Assembly: GCA_043822305.1 (NCBI GenBank)
Contig: JBDRBU010000058.1
Span: forward strand, 1 to 15,053
Source of the DNA: Candidatus Firestoneibacteriota bacterium
GTDB lineage: Bacteria; Oederibacteriota; D2-FULL-39-29; JBDRBU01
Direction: 5' to 3'
DNA length: 15,053 bases
Under the pieces are notes generated by a model that saw only the letters and a list, made by a program, of their open reading frames with translations, made no database searches and had not been told where the DNA came from. Position numbers and translations under genes: made by a program. Each line of letters begins with the position of its first letter. Within the stretch, counting starts at the first letter, position 1. Shown piece after piece: positions 8,123-15,053 of this stretch.

Positions 8123-9376
8123 TTATTTATTGATGGGAATAATATATGGTGTTATTGACATTATAATCTCAGATTCTATTTTTTGTGTTTTAGTTCCACC
8201 TAATATTACATCAAAAAGTAATCCCAGAAGAGGAATATCGCTTAAGATAGGCAGTTGTGCTTTAGTTACTCGTTCTTCTTCCTTTTTTAATCCGCTCATA
8301 ATATTTGTTTCACCATTTTTAAGTCGTATAATAGTTTGTGCAGACCTTTTACCTATTTCGGGTATATTATTTGTGGCTGTTACTTTACCCAAAGAAGTAA
8401 TCTCTGCTATCAAATCAATCGTTACTTCATTATCAGAGTGTATTGTTGGGGTGATAATGAATTTAATTCCTATGTCAAAGAATTGAACTTGTGTTGTTGT
8501 AAAAGCAGTTGGAGTTCCTCCAGTTGTAGGGTTGCTATTTATCTGTGTTGTTGATATTGTAATTGGAATCTGATCTGTTATTGAAATTTGTGCTTTTTGT
8601 TTGTCTATTACTCTAATGTTAGGACTGGCAAGCATCTTTACATTACTTGTTGTTTGTAAAAATTTTATCAAAGCAGGAAAATCGTTCCAGGTTAGTGCTT
8701 TAAATGTATCACCAGGTGAAAGTTTTGTAGAAGATATCTCGTATTTTTGAAGTTCCGAACCGATTTCTGTGTTTTTCTCTTTACTTGCTTCAATAATTTT
8801 TAATTCAATCATTACCTGTGGAACTTTTTGGTCTATATCTTTGATTAATTTAGATACTTCTTCCATTTTTTCTTTTAATCCTACAACTATTAGAAGGTTT
8901 CTTTTGTCCTCTGCTATGAATTTCAATATTTGTTGCTGTTGAGTATTTGAAAAAACATTCTGTAATATCGAGATAATTTTGCTTACTTCAATATATGTTA
9001 AATTAAAAATTTGTATCTCACTTTTTACATATTGTTGGTATCTTGATGAAGGAACGATTATAATAATATCGTTAGTTATTTGTATTGCTTCAAGACTATT
9101 TGTTGTTAGAAGTATGTCAAGTGTTTGGGATAAAGGCAGGTCCTTAACTGAAAAAGCAGGGATAATCTTTGCTAATGACACATTCTCATCAAATATGATA
9201 TTTAGTTTACCATATTGCCCAAGTGTAGTGAATATCTGTTTTAAGTTTGCCATTGAATACTGTGAAGTAACTGGCGGGTCATATTTAAGTTTTAATTTCT
9301 CTTCGGCATTGGTTATATTTGTTGCCAGAAGTGTAAGAATGAATACAACTATTATTCTTTTCATATTTTCCTCCAT
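8123..9376 (-). CDS. Outer-membrane secretin (GspD/PilQ family), compact
   Basis: Signal peptide MKRIIVVFILTLLATNITNA, N3-like segment (DKRNLLIVVG...LIKDIDQKVPQVMIE), and secretin-domain motifs LASPNIRV, DIGIKFIITPTI, LKNGETNIMSGL, PILSDIPLLGLLF and IMSITPYII. Start is 9376 or 9364. Confidence 0.93.
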   Translation of the reverse strand: MEENMKRIIVVFILTLLATNITNAEEKLKLKYDPPVTSQYSMANLKQIFTTLGQYGKLNIIFDENVSLAKIIPAFSVKDLPLSQTLDILLTTNSLEAIQITNDIIIIVPSSRYQQYVKSEIQIFNLTYIEVSKIISILQNVFSNTQQQQILKFIAEDKRNLLIVVGLKEKMEEVSKLIKDIDQKVPQVMIELKIIEASKEKNTEIGSELQKYEISSTKLSPGDTFKALTWNDFPALIKFLQTTSNVKMLASPNIRVIDKQKAQISITDQIPITISTTQINSNPTTGGTPTAFTTTQVQFFDIGIKFIITPTIHSDNEVTIDLIAEITSLGKVTATNNIPEIGKRSAQTIIRLKNGETNIMSGLKKEEERVTKAQLPILSDIPLLGLLFDVILGGTKTQKIESEIIMSITPYIIPINK

Positions 9377-9879
9377 TATTTTAATATCATCTGAAATTTA
9401 TCATCGGTTAATAAACCTATGATAACTTCATTATCATTTATATCTTTTATAAAATATTTAGCATCAAATTTGTCTCCTTTTTTTAAAGATAATGTATCAT
9501 TACCTTTGGATAGAAATATAGATGGATTATTATTACTATCCAGACTGAATCCGAAAATCTGATAAGTTTTTAAATCCTTATAATAAATTTCATATGGGTC
9601 AATAACTGGAGGTGGTGGCTCTTTTTTTGGTGTTTCAACGACCTTAACCGGCTGAGATTCTACAATTATTAATGGTGAAAATATTGAGGAACTAACACCC
9701 GAAAAATTGTATTTTTTTAGTAGCAATTCCTCTTTTAATTGCAATTTTTCAGAAATATTCTTTTCAACTTCATCTGGGTTAAATTTAAAAATGTTCGATG
9801 CATTTAGAAAAGATAATAAACATATTATAATTATACTGAAAATTATAGTATATTTTTCATTTAACAATTTCTTAAACAT
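9376..9879 (-). CDS. PilP/GspC-like periplasmic assembly protein
   Basis: N-terminal TM segment, Pro-rich linker (PKKEPPPP) and C-terminal beta domain (LKKGDKFDAKYFIKDI). Sits between the PilO-like gene and the secretin. Confidence 0.65.
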   Translation of the reverse strand: MFKKLLNEKYTIIFSIIIICLLSFLNASNIFKFNPDEVEKNISEKLQLKEELLLKKYNFSGVSSSIFSPLIIVESQPVKVVETPKKEPPPPVIDPYEIYYKDLKTYQIFGFSLDSNNNPSIFLSKGNDTLSLKKGDKFDAKYFIKDINDNEVIIGLLTDDKFQMILK

Positions 9880-9903
9880 AAGTTTCCCCCACTGGCGTGG
9901 AAA

Positions 9904-10356
9904 TTATTTAAAATATGTTGATACTTGTAATTCAATAGTTAATATATCTTTTTCCAAAGTACTTTTACGCAATGTTAATGATTCAATATAAATCAATTTT
10001 CTTATTGTTTCTATATTATAAATGAACTGCCGTATGTTTTTATATTCCCCTGTTACAGTTAAAGCAAACACCAGATTTTTATAACCATAATTACTGGTTT
10101 TTAATGGTAAATAATGGATTCCTGGAACTATCAAATTTAAGTTATTACCAAGTTTAGTGATTTGACTTATAAGATTTAAGATATCTTTTTCTTCAGGCAG
10201 AGAATCTTTAAAATTCTTAATTTTTTCTGAATTAAGATTTACTTGATATCTTTCTATATTTTTGATTGTATTTTTCTTTTTATCTCTAATAATAATTAGA
10301 AGTAATATGTTAAAAATAATTAAAAACAAAAATGTTATCTTTAAAACTTTATTCAT
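9904..10356 (-). CDS. PilO/GspM-like assembly protein
   Basis: Single N-terminal TM segment, LP motif and VTGEYKNIRQFIYNIE (PilO-type G-x-Y...F pattern). Confidence 0.85.
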   Translation of the reverse strand: MNKVLKITFLFLIIFNILLLIIIRDKKKNTIKNIERYQVNLNSEKIKNFKDSLPEEKDILNLISQITKLGNNLNLIVPGIHYLPLKTSNYGYKNLVFALTVTGEYKNIRQFIYNIETIRKLIYIESLTLRKSTLEKDILTIELQVSTYFK

Positions 10357-10414
10357 TGACTTTCCTTAGCGTAAAATATAATATTGGTCATAGTTAATTG
10401 CGAAGCAATTAGAC

Positions 10415-10927
10415 TTATCTCTCCCCATCCAAATATTTTAATATTATAGCAAAATTTATATTTTTCAAAGAAGTATTTTTTTGTTCGAGTAAGAATACAT
10501 CTTTAAATCTTTTTGAATTTTGTAGATTTTTTAAGAAATTTGTTAAATCATCTATAGAATAAGATATGCCTTCTATGGTGGTATTCCCTCCCGAGAAAGA
10601 AGGTATTATAGATGTTATACTGATTTTATTTGGTACAGTATGTTCTAAGTGGCTTAAGAATTTGCTCCAGGAAAAGTTCTTTTTTTCAAGGACGCTATTT
10701 ACATAACTAAACTCGTCATTTAAATCTTTTAATGTTGATAGACTTTCCTTAGAATTTGCCCTATAACTATTTTTTATTTTATTTATTTTATTGTAAACAG
10801 TAATGTTGAAAATTAAGGATAGTATGAGTAGAGGAATTCCAGCAATATAAAATAGCCTTTGCTTTTTTTTAAGTCTTTTCAACTTAGCGACATCTGTGGA
10901 TAAATCTAAAAACCATTTTATGTGCAT
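10415..10927 (-). CDS. PilN-like assembly protein
   Basis: TM segment plus coiled coil, then WSKFLSHLEHTVPNKISITSI and FLKNLQNSKRFKDVFL, characteristic of the PilN domain. Confidence 0.85.
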   Translation of the reverse strand: MHIKWFLDLSTDVAKLKRLKKKQRLFYIAGIPLLILSLIFNITVYNKINKIKNSYRANSKESLSTLKDLNDEFSYVNSVLEKKNFSWSKFLSHLEHTVPNKISITSIIPSFSGGNTTIEGISYSIDDLTNFLKNLQNSKRFKDVFLLEQKNTSLKNINFAIILKYLDGER

Positions 10928-11715
10928 AATGTTGCTCCTATTACTGATGTTAAATTTAAAAGTTCTTTTTTAGATATTTTTAAATCAGATTTTATGGTTA
11001 TATGCTTAGTCATATCTATTGTTTTGATTAGTTTATTAAAACCAGATATCTCTTTATATTTTTCATTAGTTACATAAATATGTTCTATGGTAGCTTTAGG
11101 ATATTTTCTTAAATAAAAATTTATAGTTTCAGTTAAACCATTTATTGAACTATTGTTGAATTTTCTCATGTAATTAATCTCTCCATTGTTTAAAAATATC
11201 ATAGTTGTAATTTCATCATCAGAATTCACTAAGATAAAATTTTTACCTTTGCATAAATTAAGTAAAGGATAAGTAGAGCTGGTGGTTGTCCAATCTTTGA
11301 TTTTAAAAGAGGTTAGAATATTCTCATATTGTATTACTAAGTTTTTATCAGTTAATGCAGAAACAACCTTATAATGATTTATACCATCTATGACTTTTTT
11401 ATTAATAATTTGATATCCGGTATTTATATCGTTAATAGAAAAAGGTACGAAATCCTTATGTTTAAATTTAATTAATTTTTCTATATCACTTTCTTCTATA
11501 TTTTCAAAATCATCCAGAAAGGAGTATATATAATAATCAGAAAGCAAGATGCAGACTTTATTAATTTTTATTGATTTAAAGATTTTTAAAGTGTTTTCTA
11601 TCTCATTAGATGATTGGACAGTTTTAAAGTCGATTAGTTTATGATTACTATTATTTTTTTTAAGCAACACAATGGTTGAAGTATTTTTACCTATATTAAT
11701 ACCCAGCATCATCAT
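10918..11715 (-). CDS. PilM/GspL-cytoplasmic-like protein (divergent)
   Basis: N-terminal LGINIG resembles the PilM GLDIG motif; VPFSIND motif; located between the ATPase and PilN-like genes. Confidence 0.65.
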   Translation of the reverse strand: MMMLGINIGKNTSTIVLLKKNNSNHKLIDFKTVQSSNEIENTLKIFKSIKINKVCILLSDYYIYSFLDDFENIEESDIEKLIKFKHKDFVPFSINDINTGYQIINKKVIDGINHYKVVSALTDKNLVIQYENILTSFKIKDWTTTSSTYPLLNLCKGKNFILVNSDDEITTMIFLNNGEINYMRKFNNSSINGLTETINFYLRKYPKATIEHIYVTNEKYKEISGFNKLIKTIDMTKHITIKSDLKISKKELLNLTSVIGATLCT

Positions 11716-13358
11716 TAATCTTTTTCTCCTTCTGTAAGCGTTACACGATTCAATTCTTTTAAAGTAGTAATACCTTCTAATATTTTTTTAAATCCCGCTT
11801 CTCTAAGACTAATCATTCCTTCAGACTTCGCAATTTTTTTAACCTGAATGAATGATTCCTGTTGTAATATCATCTCTTTAATTCTGTCTGATAACACAAG
11901 TAATTCAAAAATACCTGTTCTTCCAGAATATCCCATATGATTACAATTTTCACATCCAGATCCCTCAAAAATATGTTTAACTTCTTTGATACATTTTGGA
12001 CAAATCTTTCTAACAAGTCTCTGGGCTAATATACAATTTAACGATGTGATGAACTCATATGGTTTAACTCCCATATTGATTAGTCTACCTATTACATCTA
12101 CTACATTATTTGCATGAATAGTAGTAAAAACTAAGTGACCTGTTAATGCAGATTGAACAGCTATTTGTGCTGTTTCCGGATCACGAATTTCACCTACCAT
12201 TATTTTATCAGGGTCATGCCTCAAGATTGAACGAAGACCTTTAGAAAAAGTTACACCTTTCTTTTCATTTACTGGAATTTGAACAGTGTTATAAAGTAAG
12301 TATTCAATAGGGTCTTCAATAGTTATTATTTTATCTTCAATAGTGTTTATGTAATTTATAACACTATAAAGTGTTGTTGTCTTACCCGAACCAGTTGGTC
12401 CTGTTACAAGAACCATACCATATGGTTGTTTAACTATTTTGCTAAACTTCTCTAAGATATCATTATCAAAACCTAATCTATCAAGTCTTAAGTCAATCTG
12501 ACTTTTATCTAATATTCTTATTACGCAGACTTCACCGTATAAAGTAGGAAGTATTGAAATTCTAAAATCAATATTTCTTCCTTGAAATCTTATCTTAAAT
12601 CTTCCATCCTGTGGTATTCTTTTTTCTGCCAGGTTTAATTCAGCCATAACTTTGATTCTAGAAATTAAAGTAGGAGCAAATTTCTTATCAATATTATCCA
12701 TGACTTTTTGTAAAACACCATCAATTCTATACTTTATTATAACCTTACTGTCATCTATTTCTAAGTGAATATCACTAGCGCCTTTTCTTATAGCATTATA
12801 AATCACCGAATTAACAAGTTTTATTATCGGTTGAGTATCATCAACTAATTTATCTTCTAATATCTCTTCTTCTGAAATTATTTTTGTAGAGAAATCTTCT
12901 GATATTTTTTCTACATCGGCTTTTAAACTGGAAATTTTATCAAGAGTCTTTAGGACCACTTCTTTTTTTGTAATTAGAAGATTTAGTGGATATTTTAAAT
13001 ACATTTCAAGTTCATCTAATGTATCTATTATTGTTGGGTCATAAATTATCTGTGAAATTTTATTATCAGAAGTTTTATGTGGTATAAATTGATATTTAAG
13101 TAATATTTCAAAAGGATAATTATTTATAGTTTGTATCTCAAGAGGTTCTTTTTCTAAATTAATGTAAGGTAGGTTATATTGTTCGGCCAGAGATTTATAA
13201 AAATTCTCTTCATTAATTACGGCCATATCATAAAGCAATATTTCTCCTGTTCTTTTCGAAAAATTATCTGATTTTTGTTTTTCCAATGCAGTTCGTAACT
13301 GTTCTGAAGAGATGATTTTATTTTTGATTAGTATTTCGCCTATTTTTTTACGATTCAT
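11715..13358 (-). CDS. GspE/PilB-family assembly ATPase
   Basis: Motifs ASDIHLE, RIDGVL, EKRIPQDGR, Walker A GPTGSGKTT, TIEDPIE, LRHDPDKIMVGEIRD, TGHLVFTTIH, Zn motif CPKC/GCENC, and an MshEN-like N-terminus. Confidence 0.96.
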   Translation of the reverse strand: MNRKKIGEILIKNKIISSEQLRTALEKQKSDNFSKRTGEILLYDMAVINEENFYKSLAEQYNLPYINLEKEPLEIQTINNYPFEILLKYQFIPHKTSDNKISQIIYDPTIIDTLDELEMYLKYPLNLLITKKEVVLKTLDKISSLKADVEKISEDFSTKIISEEEILEDKLVDDTQPIIKLVNSVIYNAIRKGASDIHLEIDDSKVIIKYRIDGVLQKVMDNIDKKFAPTLISRIKVMAELNLAEKRIPQDGRFKIRFQGRNIDFRISILPTLYGEVCVIRILDKSQIDLRLDRLGFDNDILEKFSKIVKQPYGMVLVTGPTGSGKTTTLYSVINYINTIEDKIITIEDPIEYLLYNTVQIPVNEKKGVTFSKGLRSILRHDPDKIMVGEIRDPETAQIAVQSALTGHLVFTTIHANNVVDVIGRLINMGVKPYEFITSLNCILAQRLVRKICPKCIKEVKHIFEGSGCENCNHMGYSGRTGIFELLVLSDRIKEMILQQESFIQVKKIAKSEGMISLREAGFKKILEGITTLKELNRVTLTEGEKD

Positions 13359-13368
13359 TTTTTAATCT

Positions 13369-14559
13369 CTAAAATTTAGCCGTGAGTTCAAATATTGGTA
13401 AATACATAGAAAGAAGTATTAAGGCAATTAATACTCCAATCATTAACATCATTATAGGTTCTATAACAACGATTAGTGAAGATATTACTAAGTTAAGATT
13501 TTTTTCATAAATTTCTGCAGCATTTAATAACATTTCGTCCAATGCTCCTGTTTGCTCACCTATATGGACCATTTCTATAGTTAACGGTGGTATTATCTGA
13601 GTATTTTTTAATGCCAAGGCAAAAGTAGATCCAGCACTAACTTCATAACTAACATTTTTCATTTTTTCTGCAATTATAGTATTTTCTATTGTTTCTGAAG
13701 AAATTTCTAATGACTTTATTAGTGGAACACCACTTCTTAAAAGCATTGAAATAGTTCTACATAAATGAGAGAGAGAATATTGCATTAAGATTTTGTTTAT
13801 AATAGGTATTTTAAGTTTTAATTTATCTGTAAATATTTTTAATTTAAAATACCAAAGAAATATAACGGCAAGTATTATAAAAATTATATTTGATTTTATG
13901 ATTTTACTTATTTTCATTATAACTCGGGTTAGAAATGGTAAAGTTTGCCCTATTTCTTCATATAATTTTGCAAAAACTGGGACAACAAAAATTAGAAGAT
14001 AGGTAATAGCAAATAGTGCTAAAACAAGTAGAAACGAAGGATAAATAATAGAAGAGATTACTTTTCTTTTTAAGGTAATCATAATCTCGTAATAATCTGA
14101 TAGTTTATTTAATACTTCAACAAGTTTATCTGTTGTCTCACCACTCTTAATTGAGGTTACATAGAATTTGGAGAAAACATCGGGATGTTGTGCTAAACTT
14201 TCTGATACGGGATGTCCACCTTCAATACTTTTTTTGACATTGGCTATTACTTCTTTTAGTTTTTTATTTGATGCATGCTCTGAAAGTATAGACAAACAGG
14301 ATGTTAAAGGTAAACCACCGCGAATCAGGATTGATAGTTCTTTACTAAAAAGAACAAGATCGGATAGTTTTACTTTGTTTTTGAATGGATTAATATCCTG
14401 AAGGAATTCTAAAAATCTGTTTTGTTGCTTAATTTCTAAAATAAAATGGCTCTTCTTTTCAAATTCTTCTTGTAAATCTTTAATATTTTCTGATTGGACA
14501 AGTTCCTTTAAGATTCTGCCATTATGTGTGACTGTTCTACACAAAAAAGTTTTATTCAT
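13369..14559 (-). CDS. GspF/PilC-family inner-membrane platform protein
   Basis: Two T2SSF repeats (FSKELSILIRGGLPL and LLRSGVPL), plus YPSF, FVVPVF, GEQTGALDEML, EPIMM and MYLPIF. SD AGGAG at 14570-14574. Confidence 0.96.
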   Translation of the reverse strand: MNKTFLCRTVTHNGRILKELVQSENIKDLQEEFEKKSHFILEIKQQNRFLEFLQDINPFKNKVKLSDLVLFSKELSILIRGGLPLTSCLSILSEHASNKKLKEVIANVKKSIEGGHPVSESLAQHPDVFSKFYVTSIKSGETTDKLVEVLNKLSDYYEIMITLKRKVISSIIYPSFLLVLALFAITYLLIFVVPVFAKLYEEIGQTLPFLTRVIMKISKIIKSNIIFIILAVIFLWYFKLKIFTDKLKLKIPIINKILMQYSLSHLCRTISMLLRSGVPLIKSLEISSETIENTIIAEKMKNVSYEVSAGSTFALALKNTQIIPPLTIEMVHIGEQTGALDEMLLNAAEIYEKNLNLVISSLIVVIEPIMMLMIGVLIALILLSMYLPIFELTAKF

Positions 14560-14583
14560 TTAAGTATTACTCCTAATATTATT

Positions 14584-14612
14584 ATAATACTCTTTTTTTG
14601 TCATTTTTGCAA
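14584..14612 (-). promoter_or_regulatory. Candidate sigma-70 promoter of the secretion/pilus operon
   Basis: Minus strand TTGCAA, 17 bp spacer, TATTAT, with an overlapping TATAAT at 14581-14586. The AT-rich context weakens specificity. Confidence 0.45.
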
Positions 14613-14659
14613 CATAATTTATTTTATTTAATTTATTTTATTTTTGTGTTATTTTTGTG

Positions 14660-14689
14660 TTGACCGGAGATAAAAAATATTGGTATAAT
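14660..14689 (+). promoter_or_regulatory. Sigma-70 promoter for the divergent secreted-protein gene
   Basis: TTGACC (14660-14665), 18 bp spacer, TGG-TATAAT extended -10 (14684-14689). Confidence 0.65.
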
Positions 14690-14718
14690 TATAAATAAAA
14701 AAACGAGGGAGGATGAAT

Positions 14719-15053
14719 ATGAAAAGAATATGTTACAAAATAGGCATTAGCATGATATGTACTTTCTTAGTTATGATATGTTTTTGTTCGTATCTTAATG
14801 CAGGTGTAATAGATACATCAGAGACAAATAATTTATACGCAAAAGATAGAAAATTAGTCTTAACCTCAGATGGAAAATTAGTAGCATTTTATTGTAAAGG
14901 TTCTACTTCTTCAGGTCCTTTATATTACAGTATTTCATCAGATGGAGGAAGCAGCTGGTCAGTAGCGACTTTAATTGGTGGAGGCAATGCTTTCGCTAAT
15001 CAATCTTCTGTCTGGAAAGATAATTTAGATAATATTTATGTAGTCTATGTTCA
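14719..15053 (+). CDS. Secreted Asp-box (BNR) repeat protein, N-terminal fragment (runs off the right edge)
   Basis: SD GGAGGA precedes ATG 14719. Manual translation is MKRICYKIGISMICTFLVMICFCSYLNA|GVIDTSETNNLYAKDRKLVLTSDGKLVAFYCKGSTSSGPLYYSISSDGGSSWSVATLIGG..., a Sec-type signal peptide followed by Asp-box SSDGGSSW. Open to the window end. Not in the ORF track. Confidence 0.8.
   Translation, partial: MKRICYKIGISMICTFLVMICFCSYLNAGVIDTSETNNLYAKDRKLVLTSDGKLVAFYCKGSTSSGPLYYSISSDGGSSWSVATLIGGGNAFANQSSVWKDNLDNIYVVYV

Noticed and set aside
9883..9903. Small hairpin overlapping the RBS of the PilP-like gene
   Set aside because: Only about 4 firm base pairs (CCAC/GTGG); too weak to call regulatory.
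6647..14401. Plus-strand ORFs opposite the GH3 and secretion genes
   Set aside because: Antisense shadows with no independent support.

Overview
AT-rich bacterial chromosomal window, almost all on the minus strand. In transcription order (right to left) it holds: (i) a compact 10-gene type IV filament operon of hybrid T2SS/T4P type (GspF/PilC, GspE/PilB, PilM/N/O/P-like, secretin, three paralogous GspG-like pseudopilins), divergent from a secreted Asp-box protein that runs off the right edge; (ii) a decayed GH3 beta-glucosidase/xylosidase with a 5' truncation and two internal deletions, bracketed by GGGTCAGAGT repeats; (iii) a groES-groEL-dnaK chaperone operon preceded by a consensus sigma-54 promoter with a palindromic enhancer-like site and no CIRCE, whose DnaK carries signatures of the Thermoplasma-like archaeal clade; (iv) a VapBC-type toxin-antitoxin pair with its own consensus sigma-70 promoter; (v) tRNA-Thr(GGU) with an unusual C55, followed by the start of tuf. 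All homology calls come from motif recognition by eye; no database searches were run.
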